Shown one piece after another: positions 9,524-20,000 of a stretch of 20,000 bases of DNA. The DNA comes from Coniocarpon cinnabarinum (Eukaryota). Numbering within the stretch: position 1 is the first letter of the stretch; the number at the start of each line of letters is the position of its first letter. The DNA is taken from positions 299,695-319,694 of the forward strand of contig JAVECO010000002.1 of the NCBI GenBank assembly GCA_051942205.1. Direction: 5' to 3'. The position numbers were made by a program, and so were the translations under genes. The notes beneath the pieces were generated by a model. That model worked only from the letters and a program-made list of their open reading frames with translations. It had not been told where the DNA came from and made no database searches.

Positions 9524-11668
9524 TGAGTTGGCCAAGCGAAACAGACTAGGTCTCCGTCCTCTTGAGCGTGTGTTTAATGGAGCGCCCAGTCTTTCGATGT
9601 TACGCGTACTGTAAGACGTTGACACTACTTGCAGATCGAAGTAGCTCCCGTCAACATCCGTTTGGTTGATTTTCTCTCACTCCGTGGCGCTCCGCAAATT
9701 GCCCTGCACTTCGCTCAGGGACATACAAGTCGGTCGACCACTCGCAAGCATTTCTGCGCTGTTAGCAAGGGTCAATCAATGTCGCAAACGAGAGATTGGT
9801 GCAGGAGCAAGCACTTGGCTAGATTTCACTCTGTCGAGCATAGCTACATCACACCGCCCTTTGCGATGCCAGCAACGCTCGGCGATTACTTTCAAAGACC
9901 GCCGAGTGTTCTGGAAGTTCTCCCAGGAACAAAATTTGAGTGTGGAGTACCCCGTGCTGTGGTAAGGCAAAGGGCTGTGTGAGCAGAAGAGCCGCACGAA
10001 TTTTGAATAGCTGAGGCGGGCGATCTCGGTGTGCCGCAAAAGCGATGCGGCGCACCGGGGCAGCGCGAGGAACGAGGACAAGAATAAAATTCGCGCACTG
10101 AGCGCTAGCTTGAGACGTGGAAACTACCTCAAAGCACTATTGAGTATGGTCTGTGGTCTGGAGAGGCCTCGCAGCGGGACAGGATTGGCGCAAATGCAGC
10201 GCCCAACAGGTCAGCAGCCGTGAGTCCGGCACGGTGAGATTGCCCTCATTTACATGGAAGCTACTCCGAGATTGGGCTGGGTGACGGCGTGGGCTCACCT
10301 CGAATCTTGCAGCACGACTGGGCCCCTTTGAGAAGGCTGCTGGCGAGGCTCGGCAGGATGGATGGAGGGATATGGAGGGATTGATGCTTGCCTGGCCACG
10401 CCTTTGTAGACACTGGCACCCACACCACTCGATCTGAGCCTGGCGGTGTATCGCAGCGGGGATGCACGGTGCGATGATGCTGCAGTCACGCCACGGTGGA
10501 CGAGGCCGCACGCACGATCCCATCTCGCGAATTGCGCCCGTGTCCATTGAGCTCTGACAGAGGGTGCCGGTCCGTAATTCGCGCAGATGACGTCGGGGGT
10601 CCGAGCGCCTGCTGGTCGAAAAGGGCGAGGGTGATTCCAACAGACTGCGTGCCATTGGCTGCGGCGTCTGGGTGTCATCAGGCCCGGGTGGAGCCGGCAG
10701 AGCTTGGCCCCTCGCTGCGAGCGTGTCCGGGCGGCGGGCGCGGGTGCGTGAGAGGCCTTCGTGCTTCTCGGTGTTGCCAGTTCTCCGGCGTCTCATCACC
10801 GCCAGACCAGCGCCGTCATCGGTCCAGCGCGTCCTGAGCCACCGTCGGGGGGGATGGCACGTCGCAAACACCCTCTGAAGCTGCACGGCGCGGCGCGGCA
10901 GGCGACGGCCATGTCTGAGAGGCATCAAACTCAGTATGGGAGCTTGTCGTGGCTCTGGAAAGGGTGGTGGCGTGTGCTGTGCATCATTGAGTCGAGTGGA
11001 GCTAGCTCTGTCTCGCATTGACTGGGGGACTCTGCTCTTCCCCGCCGCCCGATCGAGCGTGCTGTGGTGCCCACACGCTGCCGGATCGTGGGCTGACATG
11101 GGCCTCTGTCGCAGCGCGTCTCGGCAACGCTCTGACGCTGGTTGCGTGGCCGGCGAGAGCACAGCGCAGCAAGTCAGCGCGAGAGACAGAGAGAGGGAGA
11201 GCTGTGTGCTCTGTGCTCTGTGCTCTGACGGCGCAGATACGGCCCGCGCTCAGCAAAAAGCCCCAGTGGTGTGCCCACGACGAGCGCGGGTTTTGCCCCA
11301 ACGGGCAGTCTGGGGCAGGGTCGTATGCGCTAGCGCCGTCAAAATTGAACCAGTCCCCTCGAGCACCGCTCGCTTTTCCTCTCCCTCCTCTTCTTGCTCT
11401 TCCTCCCTCACGGCATCTCTTGGTAGTTCAATCCCTCACATTTGTCGACGGTGCTTGGACAAGCGCTCAGACAGTGTGTCCGCTACTAATACGCCTGGAT
11501 GCGCCTCTGCCTCGCATTCTTCTAGCTGTTCCCTTCGACATTCCTAACAGCTGAGACTCTTGCCTCCGAGCGTGCCGAGCTCCGACTTGTTTACTTTCGC
11601 CCACAGGGCCGCAAAGAGCTCTCACCCCCTTCACTTCTCCATTCCGCACGCTCCTTTGATCGCCCGCC

Positions 11669-14600
11669 ATGAGCAACGATCCTCCCAATCACCTCAAGTT
11701 CGATCTTGAGAATGGTATGTCCCCGTGTCAGCCACTGTCGCCGTTTCCATGCTAACTCGCCTCTGCACAGCTCCTGGTGATGTATGTACAGCTTCGAACA
11801 CCGGTCCGAATGCGCCTCTAACCATGCATACAGGAGAAGGGTGGGCTTGGTGAAGGAGCCGCACCTGGTGGTCAGTACCGAATGCCAACATCCGCAACCA
11901 ATCTGATTATTGACGTCGTCGCACTCCAGGCAATGATGAGTACTCGAACCTTGTGCGATACATCTCCACATATCGCGATGGCCGTAGGAAATCCACCATC
12001 AGTCTTGGGTCCGGAAAGGCTATGGACGACGAGGAAAAGAAGCCGCCAAAATGGATGTTCTGGAAGAAGCAAAAGGAAAATACCGGTGAAGGTTTCGAGG
12101 GTATGCAACCGCTGCACACGGTGTTTTGGTGTGCAGTGCATGTACTGACTTGTCTCTTAAAGTGCCTGAGGAGTGGTACAACACCGACATTAAGAACGGC
12201 CTAACAGACAATGACATTGGCCCACGTCGAAAGGGCGCCGGCTTCAACGAACTCACCTCAGAAAAGCCGAACCCACTTATTCAGTTCATTGGCTACTTCC
12301 GAGGTCCCATTCTCTATGTCATGGAAATCGCTGTTCTCATTGCCGCCGGTCTGCGCGACGTAAGTTGCAGGCATTTCTACCACTGAGAACATTCCTGACC
12401 ATGCTAACCTACATGTCAGTGGATCGATCTTGGTGTCATCATCGGCATTCTGATGCTGAATGCCATTGTCGGCTGGTACCAAGAGAAGCAAGCTGCAGAC
12501 GTGGTTGCATCACTGAAAGGTGATATCGCCATGAAAGCCACTGTCGTTCGTGGTGGCTCTGAGCAAAATATTCTCGCTCGTGAAATTGTTCCTGGTGACA
12601 TCGTCGTTGTCGAAGAAGGCCAAGTCGTACCGTGTGATGCTTCTCTCATCTGCGACTACGAGCAACGCGACGAGGGTTTCCAAGAGTGGCAGCGCCTTCG
12701 AGATGAGGACCCCGACGCCACCAAAGAGCACGACAAGGAGAACAGTGACGACGACGATGACGAGGAGAAGCATCATGGGCTTCCCATCGTCGCCTGTGAC
12801 CAATCCGCAATTACTGGTGAATCGCTCGCTGTCGATAAGTACATGGGAGACACTTTGTTCTACACCACCGGTTGCAAGCGCGGTAAAGCGTACGCTATTT
12901 GCACCCAGAATGCTCGCGGGTCCTTCGTTGGTCGAACTGCAACTCTAGTCCAGGGCGCACAGGATCAAGGTCACTTCAAGGCGATCATGAATAACATCGG
13001 TACTTCTCTGCTGGTTCTTGTCATCGGCTGGATCATCATCGCTTGGATTGGTGGCTTCTTCCGTGGCCTCAACATCGCTACGCCTGAGGACGCAGAGCAG
13101 AACTTGCTGAGTTACGTCTTGATTCTTCTCATCATCGGTGTGCCAGTCGGTCTGCCCGTTGTTACCACCACCACTCTCGCTGTCGGTGCCGCCATTCTCG
13201 CCAAGGAGAAGGCGATTGTCCAAAAGCTGACCGCTATCGAGTCGCTGGCTGGTGTCGACGTTCTCTGCTCTGACAAGACAGGTACGCTCACAGCGAATCA
13301 GCTCTCAATCCGAGAACCCTACTGCGTTGAGGGTGTCGACTCTTCCTGGATGATGGCCGTGGCTGCTCTGGCTTCGTCGCACAACATCAAGTCGCTGGAT
13401 CCCATCGATAAAGTCACCATTCTCACCCTTAAAAGATTTCCCAAGTCTCGCGACATTCTGCAGGAGGGCTGGGTTACGAAGAAGTTCACGCCATTTGACC
13501 CTGTCTCCAAGCGCATTGTTTCTGAAGTTGAGAAGGACGGCGTCACGTACATGTGTACCAAGGGTGCACCCAAGGCTGTCCTAAACTTGACCAGTTGCAC
13601 AGAAGAGGACCGCAAGATGTTTACTGAAAAGGCGAATGACTTTGCTCGTCGTGGATTCCGTTCCCTCGGTGTGGCTGTCAAGGAGGGCAACAAGGACTGG
13701 CAGCTTCTAGGCATGATGCCTATGTTTGACCCGCCACGTGAGGACACCGCGAGCACCATTGCCGAGGCTCAGACGCTTGGTCTTCAAGTCAAGATGCTTA
13801 CTGGCGATGCCATTGCCATTGCTAAGGAGACTTGCAAGATGCTTGCGCTCGGCACCAAGGTGTACAACTCTGAGCGTCTCATCCACTCCGGTCTCTCTGG
13901 TGCCACGCAACACGACCTTGCAGAGCGGGCCGACGGTTTCGCCGAAGTCTTCCCAGAACACAAGTACCAAGTCGTCGAGATGTTGCAGCAGCGTGGTCAC
14001 TTGACTGCCATGACTGGTGACGGTGTCAACGACGCTCCATCCCTCAAGAAGTCCGACTGTGGTATCGCCGTCGAAGGTGCCTCAGAAGCCGCTCAAGCCG
14101 CCGCCGATATCGTCTTCCTGGCTCCCGGTCTGTCCACGATCGTGTCTGCCATCAAGATTGCTCGTCAAATCTTCCAGCGCATGAAGGCTTACATTCAATA
14201 CCGTATCGCCCTTTGCTTGCACTTGGAAGTCTACCTCGTGACCAGTATGGTCATCATCAACGAAACCGTCCGTCGCGACTTGATCGTGTTCCTCGCTTTG
14301 TTCGCTGATTTGGCCACTGTTGCCGTCGCCTACGACAATGCTCACTTTGAGCCCCGTCCAGTTGAGTGGCAACTGCCCAAGATCTGGATCATCTCCATTG
14401 TTCTTGGTCTCTTGCTTGCAACAGCTACCTGGGTCATTCGCGGCGCCATGTTTACCAACGGTGGCGGTATCGTCCAAAACTTTGGCTGCATTCAAGAGAT
14501 ACTCTTCCTCGAGATTTCGCTCACCGAAAACTGGCTCATCTTCGTCACACGTGGCGCACAGACAACTCCTTCGTTCCAGCTGGTTGGAGCCATCTTCGCC

Positions 14601-14975
14601 GTTGACGTCCTCGCGACAATTTTCACCATCTTCGGTTGGCTGTCTGGAGACCCACTCGAGCAAATCTCTTCACCAACTGGTGTGTTCACCTACCAGCAGC
14701 GTGAAGACGGTTGGGTCGATGTGGTCACCGTTGTTGTCGTGTGGCTATACTCAATCTTCGTCACCATCGTCATTGCCATTGTTTACTTCCTCATGAACCG
14801 CATTGCCTGGCTCAACGACCTTGGCCGATCAGACCGTGCTGTTCACGACACACAAATGGAGAATGTCCTGGGTCATCTCAGCAAGCTTGCTATTGAGCAC
14901 GATGTGGACTCCAAGACTGGCAACAAGCGTTACATTCTCGCCAGCAAGGCCAACGAGGCCGAGATGGACGAGTGA
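11669..14975 (+). CDS. pma1: Plasma-membrane H+-ATPase (P3A type, long PmaA-like form), about 1005 aa, 6 exons
   Basis: Exons 11669-11714, 11771-11781, 11834-11870, 11930-12100, 12163-12359, 12420-14975 (3018 nt, one frame). Motifs TGES, GVPVGLP, CSDKTGTLT, KGAP, MLTGD, TGDGVNDAPSLK, FADLATVAVAYD. Confidence 0.97.
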
Positions 14976-15759
14976 TTCCTTGACGTTATTGCTAGATAGC
15001 GCAAGGTGTGAGGCGCGGGAGGGCATGAGGAGAGGCTTTGGCGCGCAGGGGATCATCACGGTGGAAGTCCCGGAGAGCATCGGCCCGCAGTATGGCGATC
15101 CTGTGCAATTCATTTTTGCATTCTCGCTGTACAAACATTTCACCAGAATTTTCGTATTCCCGTCACTCGTAATCGACATTCTCATTGGCAGCTTGGGTAC
15201 CAGATCGACAATCAAAACAGACAACGTGGACCTGTTCCAGCATCCGGCAAACAACGATGGTCCGCCAGACTCTGGCAAACACTCTGAACGGAGGTCACAT
15301 TACAGGTTGTTCCAAGTGACAGGATCAGGTACATACTCGGTTGCGGATCTCTTCAAACCGCGTCCCACCTCGTCGGTGCGCCTGCAGAGCCTTCCATATC
15401 TGAGGCTGTGCGTGTCCGTAAAGAAAACCCATTTTTCATAACATGTAGCAAATATACCCCTTAGAACCTGAAATTCTGGTCTTCATCTTGTAAACGCGTG
15501 TCGAATGAGGTTACCGGATTATGAGAAGGAATTTGTCAATCCGACGTTTGAAGAGGACGGAATGGGCCCAGGAGACTTACGCCACGGCCGGTCCGTCCTT
15601 TGAGGTTGCCGCCACGCTATGCAAGGAACCGTCTTGGCATCTGAACGCCAACCAGATCCACGTCGCGCAGGATAAGGTCCAGTGTCGTTTCTTTAACCAA
15701 CGCTTGACTGTCAGCGTTGCTCATGAAGGTTTTCACGAGGCCCTTCCTTCCCTGTCAGC

Positions 15760-18700
15760 ATGGCCCCGCGCAGCGAGTGGGCCACATTCACTCTTTTTCT
15801 GGTTTGCTTCATTGCTTTTATCGTGCCTAATCGTAAGCATGCTTTACCTGCTGCAACGTCGTATTTTGTCAAGCTAACTGGGCAACATCAGTGTCTGTAA
15901 AGCATGGAGACTTCAAGACCTGCGACCAGTCGGGCTTCTGCAAACGCAATCGAGCCTACGCAAAAGAAGCTGCGGAAAAGGGAAGGGACTGGTTCTCGCC
16001 CTACGCTCTTGACGAATCCACACTGAAATTCAACGATGGCTTCTTGACAAGCACCGTGCTCAAGACGATCAATGACACCTCGCGCGAGACCGTGCGGTTT
16101 CCGCTCACCGTAGCATTTCTCGAGTCTGGCGTCGCCAGACTGACGCTGGACGAAGAGAAGAGACAGAAAGGTGACATACAGCTGCGGCACGACAGCAAAG
16201 TGCGGAAGGAGCGGAGTGATGAGGTGCAGAAGTGGGTGATTGCTGGAGGATTACAAAAGAGCTCGAGTGCTGCGATCAGCAAGGATGCACCAGCGGGGAC
16301 TACGCGGGTGCTGTATGGTCCAGCTGGGAAACATGAAGCGCTCATACAGCACAAACCTTTCCGCGCGGAATTCAAGCGAGACGGTGAGACTCAAATTGTG
16401 TTCAACGACGGCGGCCTGATGAATATGGAACACTGGCGGCCGAAGATTGAGAGACCACCACCCGAGAAGAAGGAAGGCGAGGAGAACAAGGAGGCTGAAC
16501 AACCTCAAGGGCCTGACGAGAGCACCTGGTGGGACGAGAGCTTCCATGGGAATACTGATAGCAAGCCCCGTGGACCGGAGAGCGTGGCTATGGATATCAC
16601 GTTTCCTGGCTACGAGCATGTCTATGGCATTCCTGAGCATAGTGGTCCCCTGAGCCTTAAAGAGACGACGTAAGTCTATTTGCTATTCATCGGAAAAGTG
16701 CGAGATTGTGCTGACGTTGAATGATAGTGGTGGTGATGGCAAGCACAGCGAGCCTTACCGGCTCTACAACACTGACGTGGCCGAGTACGAACTTGACTCA
16801 CCAATGACTTTATACGGCTCTATCCCCTTCATGCAGGCGCACAAGCGTTCCTCGACTTGTGGTGTCTTCTGGCTGAATGCTGCGGAGACTTGGGTGGACA
16901 TCCGCAAGGAATCGTCCAAGAACCCCCTGTCGAAGCAAGCTGCATCCACAAAAAGTCACTGGTTCTTTGAAAGTGGTCTTATGGACATCTTTGTCTTCCT
17001 CGGCCCGACGCCCCAGGAGATGTCACAGCAGTACGCCGAGCTAACGGGTTATACTCAGCTACCTCAAGAGTTCGCCATTGCCCATCATCAATGTCGCTGG
17101 AACTACGTGTCCGACGAAGATGTGCGTGATGTCGATCGTAAGATGAATCGATACGATGCTCCTTACGATGTGATCTGGCTTGACATTGAGTATCTTGACG
17201 ACAAGAAATATTTCACCTGGGATCCACTGACGTTCGGTGATTCCATTGGGATGCAGCAACAACTCGATGACCATGGGCGCAAGCTAGTTGCCATCATCGA
17301 TCCTCATATCAAGAGAACGGACAACTACTTTGTCATGGACGAGCTCAAGTCAAAAGACCTGGCCGTTAAGAATAAGGAAATTTCCGGCCCCTTCGAAGGG
17401 CAATGCTGGCCTGGCGCTTCTTACTGGGTTGACACCTTCAACCCAGCCACGCACGCGTGGTGGAAGACCCTACATAAGTACGACCGCTGGGTCGGTTCAG
17501 CGAAGAACACTTTCCTCTGGAACGACATGAACGAGCCGTCCGTCTTCGGCGGCCCAGACATGACCATGCCTAAGGACATGGTTCACCACGGCGGCTGGGA
17601 GCACCGCGACGTCCACAACGTGAACGGTCTCACCTACATCAACGCATCCTTCGGCGCGCTGCAAGTCCGTGACGACCCCAAAGGCAAAACGCCCACCACG
17701 CGCCCCTTCATCCTCACCCGATCCTTCTACGCAGGCAGCCAGCGTCTCGGCGCGATGTGGACCGGCGACAACCAAGCCCGGTGGGACCACCTCGCAGCCT
17801 CCATCCCCATGGTCCTCCAAAATGGCATCTCTGGTTTCCCGTTTGCGGGCGCAGACGTCGGCGGTTTCTTTTGGAACCCCTCGCATGAGCTGCTCGTTCG
17901 CTGGTACCAAGCTGGCGCGTTTTATCCCTTTTTCCGTGCCCATGCGCACATCGACACGCGGAGACGGGAACCATACATGATTCCGGAGCCGGAGCGCTCG
18001 CATATGATTGAAGCGTTAAGGCTAAGGTATGCCCTTTTGCCTGCTTGGTATACAGCCTTTCACACGGCGTCGACGAAGGGCCATCCGATTGTTCGACCAA
18101 TGTGGTGGAGCCACCCGTATGATTCCGCGGGTTTCGGTCTCGATGATCAGATGTATCTCGGCGACACGGGGCTGCTTGTTCGTCCCATTGTCGACGAAGG
18201 CGCCACGAGTGCAAACATCTATCTCCCGGCCGCTGAAGAGGGCCAGAAACCAGCACTCTACTACGACTACTTCGACTATAGCGTGCATTCTTCATCTGCC
18301 AATGGCAAATCCGTCAAAGTTGATGCCGATCTCACTAAGATTCCCCTCCTAATGAAGGCAGGTCATATCTTCCCCCGCCGCGACCGACCTCGTCGCTCGA
18401 GCGCCCTCATGAAAAACGACCCCTTCACCTTGGTCATCGTTCTAGATCCCGAGATCGGCTCCGCGGAAGGCTCACTCTATCTCGATGACGGCGAAAGCTA
18501 TAAATACGAGTCCGGCGCGCGAGTGCACCGTCGTTTCATCTTCGAGAATAATGGTCTGAGGTCTGAAGATCTCGATATTGAAGACAGCAGCAAGAGTTTC
18601 AAGAAGGCAAAAGAGGAGTATCTGAATTCAATTGAGCATTTGACTGTTGAACGCGTCATTTTGGTGGGTGTGCCGAAGAGTTGGAAAGAGAAGACGAGTG

Positions 18701-18885
18701 TGACCGTGAGTGAAGAAGAGGCTGCAGGGGCACGGGGCAAGGACGAGAAGCAGAAGGTTGTGAGTGCTGAGGGCACGAGGCGTGTTGGGTTTACGTTTGT
18801 GGAGGGAGGCAATGGGAAGGCGGATTGGGGTGTTGTGAGGAACCCTGATGTGGCGATTGGACGCGGCTGGCGGATTAACTTTTAG
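15760..18885 (+). CDS. gls2: ER glucosidase II alpha subunit (GH31), about 1002 aa, 3 exons
   Basis: Exons 15760-15832 (signal peptide MAPRSEWATFTLFLVCFIAFIVPN), 15892-16669, 16728-18885 (3009 nt). Family motifs FKTCDQSGFCKRNR, HQCRWNY, WLDIEY, nucleophile WNDMNEPSVF, WTGDN, GADVGGF, RAHAHIDTRRREP. Orthologous family of yeast ROT2. Confidence 0.96.
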
Positions 18886-19298
18886 TGGGATGTGTACGTG
18901 TATAGATTGTGTGAGTTGGTGACGGTCTCAATGGACGTGTGAGTTCATGATGGTGTCGAAGGACGTGAAGTGATACAGAACTCGTCGCAGACGTGTAATT
19001 AGTTGCACGATGTGTCAGGCTGTCCACCACTATGCCATCTTCACGCCGTGGCCCAAAGCGAAGTAAGTATCATGTCTGTAAGTCCCTCTTGAGAGCCTGC
19101 GAGACTCTATACTGCTTGCCATCAATGAATGACTGACTCATCAGTGATGAACAAAAACCAAAAACAAGAAAAGAACGCAGGGGAGTATTCCCAGTCGCCA
19201 ACTACAGTACTAATCTCGGTGACTAATCCTAAGAGAAGACTCAATCGCCCTTATGTACCTATCCGCTCACTGATCACATTACAATGATTTCAAAAATG

Positions 19299-19329
19299 AA
19301 CTTACGTACAAAAATAACTTACGTACAAT
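19299..19329. repeat. Direct repeat, 2 x AACTTACGTACAA with a 5-bp spacer
   Basis: aacttacgtacaa at 19299-19311 and 19317-19329. Confidence 0.85.
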
Positions 19330-19453
19330 GAGCAAATGTCACGTCTCACAGTCGGACTGTAGTGCATCAGACAGAAGATGGGTTCCATCTCAGTGATTTC
19401 CATTGTTTTCATGTCATTAGGCAAGGTGTTGAGCAGCAAACGCCTTCCTACTT

Positions 19454-19487
19454 TGTGTGTGTGACACAGAGAGAGAGAGAGAGAGAG
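19454..19487. repeat. Compound microsatellite (TG)5-ACAC-(AG)10
   Basis: Read directly from the sequence. Confidence 0.9.
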
Positions 19488-19844
19488 TCACATGGTCAAT
19501 TGAGAAAGCTTGGTCTGCTCGATATACGCGCTTCGAAGTACAGCACATGCTCATCGTATGGAAATACCAAAAGTTCTACGATTTCTCTGCTGCAGCACAT
19601 GGACATGGAGTGACTCTGCTCAAATCATGGAAGCCTGTGCTTGAGAAGCTGTTCTCTGTATTGCAAGTCACATCCCTGACAAATATGGAACAAGTATACA
19701 AAAGTGAGCTGTGAATGAAACGAATTATTTTCTAGTTCTGAGATGCGATCGTGGTTCCCGTGTCCAGCACTATGCTACATACATCTCGTCAATCGTACAG
19801 ACCAAATCGGCTTCTACCCATTCCATTTCATTCAACTCCAACTG

Positions 19845-20000
19845 TCACCCTCTCTCTATAATCGCTCTTCCGCTTTCTCTTCGTGCTCACCCTCCTTCTC
19901 CTCTTCTCTCCGCCCTTCATCACCCTCTCTCTCTTTCTCTCTGAGCCATATCGCCACTCTCATATCCATAACTCAACTCAAAACTCCCCACCCTCCCCAC
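19845..20000 (+). promoter_or_regulatory. CT-rich tract, likely core promoter or 5' UTR of a + strand gene beyond the right edge
   Basis: Strong C/T bias with almost no G. A similar tract precedes pma1 at about 11370-11410, and CT boxes are common near fungal transcription starts. Confidence 0.45.

Noticed and set aside
10137..11162. 341-aa minus-strand ORF and several overlapping ORFs upstream of pma1
   Set aside because: Rich in Arg/Pro/Ala/Ser with no domain motif. Several frames are open at once, as expected in GC-rich non-coding DNA.
15757..15772. AGCATGGCCCCGCGCA resembling the U6 snRNA internal stem-loop
   Set aside because: There is no ACAGAGA box or other U6 sequence, and it coincides with the glucosidase II start codon.
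12258..18812. Numerous antisense and alternate-frame ORFs inside pma1 and gls2
   Set aside because: These are shadows of codon bias in long, well-conserved coding sequences.
19115..19144. Minus-strand CTGATGAGTC suggesting a hammerhead ribozyme core
   Set aside because: There is no GAAA after a stem II and no convincing stems I and III.
19223..19232. CTAATCCTAA resembling a telomerase RNA template
   Set aside because: It mismatches CTAACCCTAA and has no other supporting elements.
19032..19287. Small spliced + strand ORF (MPSSRRGPKR / intron 19063-19144 / MMNKNQKQ...)
   Set aside because: The product is short with no recognisable features, and the branch-to-acceptor spacing is very tight. 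It cannot be supported without transcripts.

Overview
Eukaryotic, intron-containing DNA from a filamentous ascomycete (short GT-AG introns with CTRAY branch points; long PmaA-type H+-ATPase). It is mostly a housekeeping neighbourhood with six complete genes, five of which I reconstructed by hand across introns. In order: a BIRC6/UBE2O-class ubiquitin-conjugating (UBC) protein (+), nucleoside diphosphate kinase (-), a flavin monooxygenase (+), mitochondrial sulfite oxidase (+), plasma-membrane H+-ATPase (+) and ER glucosidase II alpha subunit (+). The probable start of a seventh gene runs off the left edge (-). I see no transposon, CRISPR array, tRNA or intact rRNA, and no clearly new multi-gene system. 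The best leads are: (1) a 94-codon acidic in-frame extension after the TAG-CAG stop of the UBC gene, possibly read-through; (2) a perfect CYS3/MetR-type palindrome upstream of sulfite oxidase, next to a thiol-type FMO; (3) an unexplained non-coding element at about 19.06-19.33 kb with 5S-like and box C/D-like features; (4) an 11-nt microexon and a leader uORF in the ATPase gene.
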